14,176 nt of DNA from Thermoplasmatota archaeon (GTDB lineage: Archaea; Thermoplasmatota; Penumbrarchaeia; Penumbrarchaeales; Penumbrarchaeaceae), in the NCBI GenBank assembly GCA_965234725.1, contig CBDDUX010000106.1, forward strand, positions 1 to 14,176. The letters run 5' to 3'. A model generated the notes under the pieces. It was not told the DNA's origin. It was given only the letters and a program-made list of their open reading frames with translations, and did no database searches. A program made the position numbers and the translations under genes. Shown here piece by piece: positions 1-8,372 of this stretch; the stretch's first letter is position 1, and each line of letters begins with the position of its first letter.

Positions 1-36
1 GCTTCAATGGGGCCACGGCCAGTAGGCCATGGAGAG
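1..36 (-). CRISPR. Leader-proximal CRISPR repeat (type I-G); the array probably continues beyond the left window edge
   Basis: Minus strand reads CTCTCCATGGCCTACTGGCCGTGGCCCCATTGAAGC: 36 nt with a 3' ATTGAAGC handle and an 8-bp stem CCATGGCC/GGCCGTGG (one G-U) closing a TACT loop. It lies 214 nt downstream of cas2. Only one copy is visible. Confidence 0.88.
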
Positions 37-250
37 AGCTTTATATATTAGCCCGGTTCGAAAAGCGAGAGGTGCCATTCATTTAAAAACCTTATCATTC
101 CCATTTTCCCATTTTTCATATTTGCGGATGTTGATAATTCTTGATTTATATCAAAATAATGACTTTTCGAGAGGTCCTTACATAGAGACCCCCTAACGGA
201 CCTCTCGCAGAAAAAAATACCTCCTTTCATGATGTTTATTCAAATATAAT
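37..250 (-). promoter_or_regulatory. CRISPR leader
   Basis: AT-rich stretch between the cas2 stop and the repeat. Candidate TATA box TTTTAAAT (minus, 81-88). Three CGAGAGGT motifs (66-73 +, 168-175 +, 200-207 -). Confidence 0.8.
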
Positions 251-550
251 TCAAAATACTAAAGGTTGTTCATGAACTCTCAAGTCCTTCTTCTCCCCTA
301 TCATCGTAACACGGTTCTTCCATAACCCGTCTTCAGGACCGAGATCGATTATCATCACACTGTCCTCCTCCAGGTCCATCTCCTTCTGGACCTTGGTTAT
401 CATTCTCTGAAGGTTCGTGGATGAAAGAGTGCATTTGAAAATCGAATACTGAACGGCAATACCGAACCCTTTCATCGTCTTGTGAACATATCTCAACCTC
501 TTAGGATCGCAGATGTCATAACAAACAATGAAAGTGTTTATCAATATCAC
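251..550 (-). CDS. cas2: CRISPR-associated endoribonuclease Cas2
   Basis: 99 aa with VCYDI...KRLR...GFG..VQYSIF motifs. Start overlaps the cas1 stop; the true start may be TTG at 544. Confidence 0.95.
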   Translation of the reverse strand: MILINTFIVCYDICDPKRLRYVHKTMKGFGIAVQYSIFKCTLSSTNLQRMITKVQKEMDLEEDSVMIIDLGPEDGLWKNRVTMIGEKKDLRVHEQPLVF

Positions 551-2211
551 CTCGTGACGAAAGGAATGTATTCCTTCAATTCTCCGGCAAGATACCTTGA
601 CATCAATCTGACCTGTGTCTCGAATATCCTTCTGTAGGAAACCTGATATCCGAAGATCGGATGCTTGACTATCTGGCTTACTCTTCTCTCATATGCTCCG
701 TAGAATTTTTTTCTCCCGTCGGTTGTAAGATTGCATGCCTTCCCCTTGATGATAAAATCATTCTTGTCCAGCACATCATTGTTAATGAGCGAGATGACAA
801 CGGAATCAGCAATTATCGGTCTGAACTCCTCCATCAAGTCCAGTGCTAAAGCAGGTCTTCCGTATCTGGGTCTATGATAGAAACCAAGCATCGGATCCAA
901 TCCCATCGTCAATGATGAAACCGTGAGATCCTTGCAGAGAGTTGAATAAGAGAGGGATAGAAGTGAATTTATTGGATCTGTCGGAGGTCTCCTGTTCCTG
1001 GATTCGAAGTTGAAATCCTTCCTGAATCCATTCTTGATCATCTTGTTGAATGAACCGAAATATATTCTACCGGCATTTCCCTCAACTCCGAGAAGTGAAG
1101 GGATATCCTTGACCTTACTTAGCTTATTCAACGTCTTTTTCAATTCATCCAATGCTTTTTTACAGTCTTCCTCGCAGTTCCTCCTGAGCAAAGTTCTGCA
1201 GTTCTTGACCTTGCCTTCAACGATCTTCCTTGAAATCATAAGTCTTTTCGTTTTATCCATTGCATGTTCGTATTGCTTCATTCGAAGGTCCACATTTTTG
1301 TTGATCAGGGAAAATGAATATCCCTTGAACCAACCACCGTATGAAAAATAAAGGACTGGAATATTCCGATCCAATAGTTCTGAAAGAGCCTGTGTGGAGA
1401 CCTGGGCATTACCATATAAACAAACATGTGATATCTCGAAGGTTCTAACCTCTCCAACTTTCTCCCCCCTCTTCTTAATTACAAGGATATCTCCTTTCTT
1501 ACTGAGATAGGATCCCTGCTCCTGTAATATCAGAGGTCTGGTATCATCCCTCGATGGAAACATTCTCCTTATTTTTATATCCTCATTATCCTCGGAGAGT
1601 GCATTGATCTCATCCGGGAGACATATTGGAGCAAGAGAACATCCGTCGCATTTACTACTGTTCCTCAGGGGGGGTGGCATTACCCTCGTTTCCATGCTGG
1701 ATTGCATTCCGTTGATTGCTGTTACAAGCTCCAACAAAACATCATCATTGTATTCGATCAGAACCTTCTTGTTTGACTTTGCATAGTAAATGAATCCTTC
1801 ATTGCAGTCGTATCCATTGTCTTTCAGGATCTGAATATGTGCTCCAATCTGAACGATGTCAGCAGGCCATGCTCCGTCATCAGGACCCTTTCCTTTCTTG
1901 ATCTCAACGGGTGATACCTTGTCATTCTTTGATTCGATAATATCCAATCTGGATATGATCCCGAATTCCTCAGAAGATAATGTTACTCCCTTTGCCTTGA
2001 AATCACCAAAGACCTCATCCGGTCCTGGAAGTCTACCTTTCTCATCATCAACGGATTCATGCCGTCTAGATCCTTCAATCGTATGTTCGTTATCAACGAA
2101 ATCACCATCAACGAATTCGATATAGGCCAATCGTGGACAGTATCTGTATTCGTTGAGCATTCTAACAGGTATGAATTGTTCATCGAATAATCTCAATATT
2201 CCTTCTTCCAT
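547..2211 (-). CDS. cas1: Cas4-Cas1 fusion
   Basis: N-terminal Cas4: YCPR, RLDIIE, PVEIKKG, QIGA and the Fe-S cysteines KCDGCSLAPIC. C-terminal Cas1: GVEGNAG, RNRRPPTDPINSLLS, GFYH, LDLMEEFRP. The fusion is typical of type I-G. Confidence 0.96.
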   Translation of the reverse strand: MEEGILRLFDEQFIPVRMLNEYRYCPRLAYIEFVDGDFVDNEHTIEGSRRHESVDDEKGRLPGPDEVFGDFKAKGVTLSSEEFGIISRLDIIESKNDKVSPVEIKKGKGPDDGAWPADIVQIGAHIQILKDNGYDCNEGFIYYAKSNKKVLIEYNDDVLLELVTAINGMQSSMETRVMPPPLRNSSKCDGCSLAPICLPDEINALSEDNEDIKIRRMFPSRDDTRPLILQEQGSYLSKKGDILVIKKRGEKVGEVRTFEISHVCLYGNAQVSTQALSELLDRNIPVLYFSYGGWFKGYSFSLINKNVDLRMKQYEHAMDKTKRLMISRKIVEGKVKNCRTLLRRNCEEDCKKALDELKKTLNKLSKVKDIPSLLGVEGNAGRIYFGSFNKMIKNGFRKDFNFESRNRRPPTDPINSLLSLSYSTLCKDLTVSSLTMGLDPMLGFYHRPRYGRPALALDLMEEFRPIIADSVVISLINNDVLDKNDFIIKGKACNLTTDGRKKFYGAYERRVSQIVKHPIFGYQVSYRRIFETQVRLMSRYLAGELKEYIPFVTR

Positions 2212-2250
2212 AAATATCCAATATATTTTGACATTATAAATTATTTAAAA
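2212..2250 (-). promoter_or_regulatory. Putative archaeal TATA promoter for a leaderless cas4/1-cas2 transcript
   Basis: TTTATAAT (minus, 2233-2240) is centred ~25 nt upstream of the ATG at 2211, and there is no SD motif before the ATG. Confidence 0.55.
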
Positions 2251-2381
2251 TAGTCCTCACTATTCTCGGTTTTAGGAAAGGACTACTTCCACATTCCGTA
2301 TCATCTATTCCTTTCCCTGCTTTCCTCCCGGACAGGAAAGCTCCCGAACCGAAACAGGTTCGAATGAACCGGTGAATGTTT

Positions 2382-2867
2382 TCAGGAAAAATTACTATTC
2401 CACTCTTCCTCAGTAATTATCTTCTCGCAGATCGCACAGGTAAACGTTATCTTACCATTTTTCTCATGAGGAATCGCTTCTCTGTGCTTGCAGACCTTCT
2501 TCCTCTCTTCCTCATCGAGTCCAAGGACCTCGAAGATGGCTTCCTGGGCAAAGACATTCACCATCTCGGGGACCCTATCTTCCACCACATATTTTTCAAG
2601 TATCGAAATGGCAGGTTCTCCGATTCTCTTTACGGCTTCGAAACATGCTTTGTTGAAGATCAGGTATTCTTCATCAGTCTCATCATCATGCATCGCATCC
2701 AATTCAACCACATGCAGTATCGGACCAACTGCTTTCACACCGATCTTCGCAAGCTGATCTATACATCGATCCCTTCCCATTGCCTGTTTGCCTGAAAGAC
2801 CTTGAGCAATGCGGATGTACCTGATGAAATCTTTTTCAGATATCTCATCCCGGTAGAGCAAAGTCAT
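2382..2867 (-). CDS. Hypothetical HEAT-like helical repeat protein with C-terminal Cys/His (putative Zn-binding) tail
   Basis: Likely ATG at 2867 (MTLLYRDE), after GGAGAAGTGA and just past the upstream stop. Repeats LAKIGVKAVGPIL and VKRIGEPAISIL resemble PBS-lyase HEAT units. Tail is VCKH...TCAIC. Confidence 0.6.
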   Translation of the reverse strand: MTLLYRDEISEKDFIRYIRIAQGLSGKQAMGRDRCIDQLAKIGVKAVGPILHVVELDAMHDDETDEEYLIFNKACFEAVKRIGEPAISILEKYVVEDRVPEMVNVFAQEAIFEVLGLDEEERKKVCKHREAIPHEKNGKITFTCAICEKIITEEEWNSNFS

Positions 2868-2869
2868 GA

Positions 2870-3442
2870 TCACTTCTCCAGTTTTTCCATAAGGTCTTCT
2901 CTGAATGCATCCAGGGTCTCCTCGAAACCCCAACCTATGTTTCTTGTTTCTTCTATTTGCTTATCGATCCTGTCCAAAGCTCTGTCCATATCGATCTCCG
3001 ATTGATGGGCAACGATGAACTTGCAGGTCCTCTCGAACTGGTTCTCGATGCTTGTGTAATAACTTTCCCACATATCTCCGTATTCCATGGTGAATCCCAC
3101 TCCGTGCTCAAGGTGATCCAATATGATATCAACAAGGATCGCGGGATTGGTTGTAGAATTCTTTGCCAGGGTGATTATCTTTCCAGCTTCCCTGAGGTTC
3201 GGAGTTTTGGGACATCCATTCTTGGAAGTGGTCCAGAATATTGCATTAAGCCTTTCTTTTAGATCGGAGATGATGATCTTGTTTTCATTTCTCCCTTCTG
3301 AAACAGACATGGATAGTACAATTCGAACATCAGGGCTCGCTCTGTAGCATTTTCCAATCATGGTTAAAAGTTCCTTTTGATTTTTTCCGCTGATGCGTTT
3401 CTTGATTTCTCTCCATGGAAGGGGTCCTGTCTTATTCTCCAT
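2870..3442 (-). CDS. DUF6155-like protein
   Basis: Likely ATG at 3442 (MENKTG) with a GAGGAGG SD. Motifs KELL.MI..CY...P.V and GVGFTMEYGDMWESYYTS match my recollection of DUF6155. Confidence 0.65.
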   Translation of the reverse strand: MENKTGPLPWREIKKRISGKNQKELLTMIGKCYRASPDVRIVLSMSVSEGRNENKIIISDLKERLNAIFWTTSKNGCPKTPNLREAGKIITLAKNSTTNPAILVDIILDHLEHGVGFTMEYGDMWESYYTSIENQFERTCKFIVAHQSEIDMDRALDRIDKQIEETRNIGWGFEETLDAFREDLMEKLEK

Positions 3443-4325
3443 TTGAAACCTCCTCCTCAATTCCTGCCGGAATATTTTGTTTTAACCATTCAATGGCCTC
3501 GAGGGTCCAGAGATCACCCTGACTCTCCCAGTAGTAATATGCCTCATCCCAGTCTCCCGGTTTGAAGTAACCCTGCATCAAACTTTCAGGTTTCGGATGC
3601 CTTTTTTTCATAAGTTCCAATGCCACCTTGGGTTTGAAACTTACCGCATCTTTCAATTCCTTTTCCGCTTCAACTTTTAATCCGTTCAGAAAAAGCGCAA
3701 TGACCTTTCCGTAAATGATCTCGGGACTCGGATCATCCTTAAACCTGTTGGCAAGTTCCACCGCATCGGAGTATCTATCCTCTTCAAGGCACATTTCCAT
3801 CAGAATATCCCTGACATCCTGGTCGTCATCCGGATTATAATCGATGATCTCCTGAAATACTTCAAATGCTTCCTCGATCCTTCCATCATCGTGAAGAGCA
3901 AAAGCATGTCCATGGAGACATCTTAGAAAGGGCCTGTTATCGAGATTTGACCAAGGAATCCTGCTGCTTCCCCTTTTAAACCTTTTCGGGATCGCGGAGC
4001 GTCCGATCTCCACCCCCCTTTCCCAGAGCTTCCTGGAAAGGTCCTTGTTTTTCTTTCGATTTTCAATTATTGCAAGGTGATGAATTGCATCAATATGATC
4101 CGGGTTTAGTTTGAGCATTTTTTTCAATTTGGCCTTTGCAGATCCGAATTTCAACTCCTCTATGAGATCCAGTGCCGCTTCGAACAATTCGTAGATTTCG
4201 TCGGATGTATCCTGGTCCGGGAAGATCCACTCCCTGTCACCTATATTAGTAATTTCCAGAGGTTGATTATCTTGAATGATCTCATTCATACCGTTCCGAT
4301 TATTCCTTCTCCTCATTCCTTCCAC
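3432..4325 (-). CDS. Tetratricopeptide repeat protein (ST7-like W..LDNRPFLR family)
   Basis: TPR-like helices LKLNPDHIDAIHHLA and GRIEEAFEVFQEIIDYNPDD, plus WSNLDNRPFLRCL. Start uncertain; ATG at 4289 (MNEIIQ) is plausible. Confidence 0.75.
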   Translation of the reverse strand: MEGMRRRNNRNGMNEIIQDNQPLEITNIGDREWIFPDQDTSDEIYELFEAALDLIEELKFGSAKAKLKKMLKLNPDHIDAIHHLAIIENRKKNKDLSRKLWERGVEIGRSAIPKRFKRGSSRIPWSNLDNRPFLRCLHGHAFALHDDGRIEEAFEVFQEIIDYNPDDDQDVRDILMEMCLEEDRYSDAVELANRFKDDPSPEIIYGKVIALFLNGLKVEAEKELKDAVSFKPKVALELMKKRHPKPESLMQGYFKPGDWDEAYYYWESQGDLWTLEAIEWLKQNIPAGIEEEVSNGE

Positions 4326-4354
4326 ATCTCCCTGTCCGAATTCTCAAATCTCCT

Positions 4355-4915
4355 TTATTCTTCTGGTGTTATACCGAATCTAACATTCGATATCCTTGCC
4401 GTCAGAATCGAATACTCATTCTCTCTATATACCCCTCTTCTTTCCCATTCATCGGTCAATTCATTTCTAATTGCTACTCCCCTGGACCGCTTTTCTATAC
4501 GCCCCTCAGAGTATCCCTTTGATCTGTAGAAAGCTTTCATTCGTTTTATAGCCAGTTCCGGATCATCAATTTCCTGAATCCTCTCATATCCTACTTTTGC
4601 CAACCATCTCTTGAATGGCTCGGCCTTTCTGGATGGCATGGATTGTATAAGCCTGAAGATTGTCTCTGTATTTCCACAATCCGTTTTGTAAAATTTTCCA
4701 TCAGAGGATGGAAGTTTCAGTTGGTTACAATTTGTAACCACCTCACTCCCTTCCTTTTTCAATCTATGTTTTAGAACCTTCCAATAACTTCTTGGATTTT
4801 CACTTTCAGAAAGGATGGCAATAATATCAATAACAGAAAAAAACCATTGTTCCTCAAACCATATTCTTCGAACTGTCTTCCCCTGAAACACCACCATTGC
4901 TTTTTCTTTCCTCAT
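4355..4915 (-). pseudogene. Bro-N domain (phage antirepressor-like) protein, probably C-terminally truncated
   Basis: VRRIW...WFFSVIDII, YWKVLKHRL, RLIQSMPSRKAEPFKRWLAKVG and RNELTDEW motifs. ATG at 4915 follows GAGGTG. It stops at TPEE*, where homologues as I recall continue with YK..KGL..ENLRDHM. Confidence 0.7.
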
Positions 4916-4926
4916 TTCAAGCACCT

Positions 4927-5070
4927 CTAATTATCAATTCCGATTACGATAGTTCCTCCTCCGGCATTTGCAAAACCCACCATTTCTCTTGCCAGAGTTT
5001 AGTTTATCGACTGCTTGAACTCAACGAACTGACCTTCAGGTCTTCTGAGAATGAGTTCTCGATCCTTCAT
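4927..5070 (-). pseudogene. Schlafen AlbA_2 domain N-terminal relic (not in the ORF track)
   Basis: Hand translation gives MKDRELILRRPEGQFVEFKQSIN*TLAREMVGFANAGGGTIVIGIDN*, containing the E...VEFK and FAN..GG.I.IG..D signatures. In-frame TAA at 4999-5001; GAGGAG SD upstream. Confidence 0.8.
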
Positions 5071-5076
5071 GTATCC

Positions 5077-6501
5077 TTACTCCTCGGAGGGGACGAATAG
5101 GCCGAGGCCGCGATGTCTCCCCGCACCAACTGTTAATGGCCCATGAACTGGTGATTTCCATTTTATCATCACATGCATAGGCGTGAATCCCTTTAGATGT
5201 GCTGTCAACCTGTAGTCCCTGGGATGATACCCTCCATTGAAAAATGGTGCTTTCTGCAGGACAAAGAAATCGATATCATTCACATTGAACCCTGCCTGTT
5301 CAATGGCCTTAAGAAACAGTTTCTCGGCTTTGGGATATTTCCGACTGTCGTGGCCGGGTAAGATTACTGGTGTTACTGTTTTGAAGGCCCTTCCATATGA
5401 ACAATATCTCTCGAATATGTCATCTTTCCTAATCCTCTCTACCCGAGTAACCTTGTTACCAGATTCATTATAAAGAATGGCCGTGTCGATCTTCTCTCCA
5501 GCCCAACTTGCCTTGAAACCATCGTCTTCGTATGGTTCGGCTATTATGACCCGTCTAATGAGTCCATCTGCATTTGGATGGCCGATGGTTGGTAGAGGCA
5601 AAAACGAGAATCGTGGAGGTGTTCGTTCATTTCTTGGATCATGATGTCCAGCAACGTATAATTCACTGGATTCTTTGAAGCGCCATTCAGTCTTAGCAAT
5701 TTTACATAGATAACCACGAATCCATGAAGATACACGTACAGTGTATCTTGGATCAAAACTCGCCCATCGATCGGCTTCATCCGAGGGTTGTAATAACTTC
5801 AAACAGACTACTTCACGATAAGGCATTCCTTTAAGGATATATCCAGATTCCTTGTATACCGTTGGACGTTTAGGTGGAATGTATATCAGACCGTCGAACC
5901 TTTTCTGCTTGGATTCATGAACCATTACTAAATTTTCATATGATCCTTTATTGGGACAACGGAGTGATCTTCCTATCATTCTGGACGGAAGTATCTGATT
6001 CCCACGATAGGTTTCTATAAAAAATGAAACCTCATCATCGTTCAAGAATTGGCCATTTCCTGCTACGAGATCGATTCCCCATCCAAGAGTTGTCAGTTCC
6101 CTTGCATATTCCGCGATCTTTCCTGCATTTTCGATGTCCTCTGATTTGATTGGCCAGATGTAATGTAATGGTGTTTCCGGATCTTTGATTTTTATCGAAT
6201 TAATCATTTTTTCTGATAGCCTATCCTGTCGATTCGGTATAAAATCTGATGCATTATCTGGTACATATGTCTTAATCCTCATACTTCCATTTCCTATTGG
6301 GGGGTACAATATCTTTGGTGGATCAAGTGTCTCGAACCAGTGAAAAGCCCTATGGTCCAAACTATTGTTCCTTGCAGCGGTAGCAAGGATGGCCTGAAAA
6401 AGCCTCCATGGTGACGGTGGCCATTCGGGACCGTGATCACCCTGTCCATGGAAATATGGATCGAGATAGGTAATAGAGATACATAGGTTATCCATGTCCA
6501 A
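5077..6501 (-). CDS. csb2: Type I-G Cas5/Cas6 fusion Csb2
   Basis: PEWPPSPWRLFQA, LGWGID, LPTIGH, and the C-terminal G-loop GPLTVGAGRHRGLGLF. Confidence 0.93.
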   Translation of the reverse strand: MDMDNLCISITYLDPYFHGQGDHGPEWPPSPWRLFQAILATAARNNSLDHRAFHWFETLDPPKILYPPIGNGSMRIKTYVPDNASDFIPNRQDRLSEKMINSIKIKDPETPLHYIWPIKSEDIENAGKIAEYARELTTLGWGIDLVAGNGQFLNDDEVSFFIETYRGNQILPSRMIGRSLRCPNKGSYENLVMVHESKQKRFDGLIYIPPKRPTVYKESGYILKGMPYREVVCLKLLQPSDEADRWASFDPRYTVRVSSWIRGYLCKIAKTEWRFKESSELYVAGHHDPRNERTPPRFSFLPLPTIGHPNADGLIRRVIIAEPYEDDGFKASWAGEKIDTAILYNESGNKVTRVERIRKDDIFERYCSYGRAFKTVTPVILPGHDSRKYPKAEKLFLKAIEQAGFNVNDIDFFVLQKAPFFNGGYHPRDYRLTAHLKGFTPMHVMIKWKSPVHGPLTVGAGRHRGLGLFVPSEE

Positions 6502-6513
6502 TCACCCAATCAT

Positions 6514-7578
6514 TCAATCCTTTTTCGCTTTAGCTAATGCCTCTTTTGCCGATTTGGGATCGAATGTGGCAGTCCTTGAGTTTTCAATCCCGAATACTTT
6601 TGCTTTCTCCTGAGCGAATTCGAGAATCTTTTTACTATCAAGATCGACGTCCACTCTCGTACCGTCATTCTTGACAAGATTCCATGTGGATTTATTCTCA
6701 GGATCCTTTGTCAATTCACATCCCATCCTGAGTAAATTCTCTTGAGGTGCCGTGATTGCAACCAATGAGAGACCCAGTAAGTATTCCTGGAGTTCCCTCG
6801 TTCTATTTCTGTCCTCTTTCACAGTGTTCTGTCTCAAGGCGCTCAGGGAAAGTACTGATTCCTTTATAAGACAACTCTTCTCGGATAGGAGAACGCCCCC
6901 ATGACTTTTATTTGCAAGGGCATTCGCAAGTCCGACTGTAGATGCTTTTGCTGGTTTTGTAGCAGAGGCTTTTTCTGCTTCCTGTGCATCCTTCTCAGAT
7001 ATTGCCCCGGTTTCAGTGTAATCCGTTGGAACGAAATAGGTGGCTGAGCGAGTCAATGAATCCACGTTGTGAGCCCGGATCGTTGAACGGACGATTCTCG
7101 GAACCTTAGACCCTGTTCCACGTGAGTCCCAGCATCCAAAGACCAATGACGTTGGAGCCAGTTCTGCAAGCGCGGACCTGTCACCTTTTTCCGCCTTTTC
7201 GAACGCTGATTCAATATCAGATGATAGGTCTGAAAAACGAACCACCGCATCCGCGATCCTATGCCCTGCATCAAGAATATCGACCTCATCAATCGTCCCG
7301 TCCTTTTTCTCTACCTTTACCTTTATATGCGGAATCAAATCCAGGTAAGGTTCGTTCTTGAATATAGGCTCCATTCGATTAGCCTGTGAACCAACACTAT
7401 CCACCGTACAAATGTTTCCGACGACTTTGTCGTCTATTTTTATCGGATCGATATTGTAACCGATATCAGCATATGTGGGAGGGTAGATTATAGACTCCTT
7501 TCCCTCCACGGGTTTCAAGTTCTCTCTTATAACCAGCGCAACATTTTCCTTTTCTAATAAGGACTCCAATTCTGTCAT
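6514..7578 (-). CDS. csb1: Type I-G Cas7 backbone protein Csb1
   Basis: IYPPTYA, DSVGSQANRME, GHRIADA, LAPTSLVFGCWDSRG. Confidence 0.95.
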   Translation of the reverse strand: MTELESLLEKENVALVIRENLKPVEGKESIIYPPTYADIGYNIDPIKIDDKVVGNICTVDSVGSQANRMEPIFKNEPYLDLIPHIKVKVEKKDGTIDEVDILDAGHRIADAVVRFSDLSSDIESAFEKAEKGDRSALAELAPTSLVFGCWDSRGTGSKVPRIVRSTIRAHNVDSLTRSATYFVPTDYTETGAISEKDAQEAEKASATKPAKASTVGLANALANKSHGGVLLSEKSCLIKESVLSLSALRQNTVKEDRNRTRELQEYLLGLSLVAITAPQENLLRMGCELTKDPENKSTWNLVKNDGTRVDVDLDSKKILEFAQEKAKVFGIENSRTATFDPKSAKEALAKAKKD

Positions 7579-8372
7579 TTTTCAACCTCCAATGATACTT
7601 TTTTTGCTAAAGCAAAAGATTTATAACGACCACCCGAATCTCGACGATAAAGAGTGAATGAGTATCGACTGATTTCTTCCGGTAAAATAATAGTGTTTAC
7701 AATAGTGGAAGCAATATTAATATCTAATTTTACTTTCCAAACATTAAAGAAACGTTTATATCTTTCAACTTTTGACTCTATGGGATTAAATCGTTGCAAT
7801 CCGATCAAGGATAATAATTCTGTCAATGTATAAGTTGAAATTGAGTATAATTGCAAACTGTCATGCGAGAAACCTACATCTAGTTTATTTTCTGATTTTG
7901 ATACGTCAAATGATGTTACACTAACTGATGTCAATGCCCTATAATCAAGTATATTTTGATCAATCAATAAAGAATCTGGAATTAATAGAATTAAATCTTT
8001 AAGTATTATCCCAATATCCTGCCTCCCTGCCCATGTTTTGACACTTCCATTTTGAGGATATGGATTTCGCCAGTCAATGATTAAATTAAAAGGTTTGCCG
8101 ATAAAGACAGGGCCTTCCTTATCATTGTATTCAAGTTCCGTAAGTTCACATTCCTTTAGCTTAATAAGGATATCATTCAGCTTTACTGGATTATCATTTT
8201 GATCGTAGGCCTCTATCAGAAATTTCGTATGAACTTCATCGATATCCTCAAACCATCCCAATGCTCTTCTTTCACCAGTGGTCATTCGGTGTGCGAGTTC
8301 GAAGATACCGCAACAGGCGAAGACTTGCCCAGGATTACTGATATCAACAGCGACCTCGATGGTTGGATTCAT
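7575..8372 (-). CDS. cas8u2: Type I-G large subunit Cas8u2 (Csb3/GSU0052-like)
   Basis: N-terminal VDISNPGQVFACCGIFELA, then IDW...KTWAG and ELLSLIGLQRF. Lies between cas3 and csb1 with 4-nt overlaps on both sides. Confidence 0.8.
   Translation of the reverse strand: MNPTIEVAVDISNPGQVFACCGIFELAHRMTTGERRALGWFEDIDEVHTKFLIEAYDQNDNPVKLNDILIKLKECELTELEYNDKEGPVFIGKPFNLIIDWRNPYPQNGSVKTWAGRQDIGIILKDLILLIPDSLLIDQNILDYRALTSVSVTSFDVSKSENKLDVGFSHDSLQLYSISTYTLTELLSLIGLQRFNPIESKVERYKRFFNVWKVKLDINIASTIVNTIILPEEISRYSFTLYRRDSGGRYKSFALAKKVSLEVEK

Noticed and set aside
48..230. 60-aa minus-strand ORF
   Set aside because: Lies wholly in the CRISPR leader and has no recognisable motifs.
2357..2370. GGTTCGAAT as a tRNA T-loop (also GGTTCGAA at 54-62)
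   Set aside because: Not followed by a T-stem, acceptor strand and CCA.
3410..3419. CTCTCCATGG, and CATTGAAGC at 13879-13887, as degenerate CRISPR repeats (CreTA-like mini-array)
   Set aside because: Only 9-10 nt matches inside coding sequence, with no hairpin or partner repeat.
5032..5060. Short hairpins after csb2 as a terminator or small RNA
   Set aside because: 5-bp stems only, and the region is better explained as the AlbA_2 relic.
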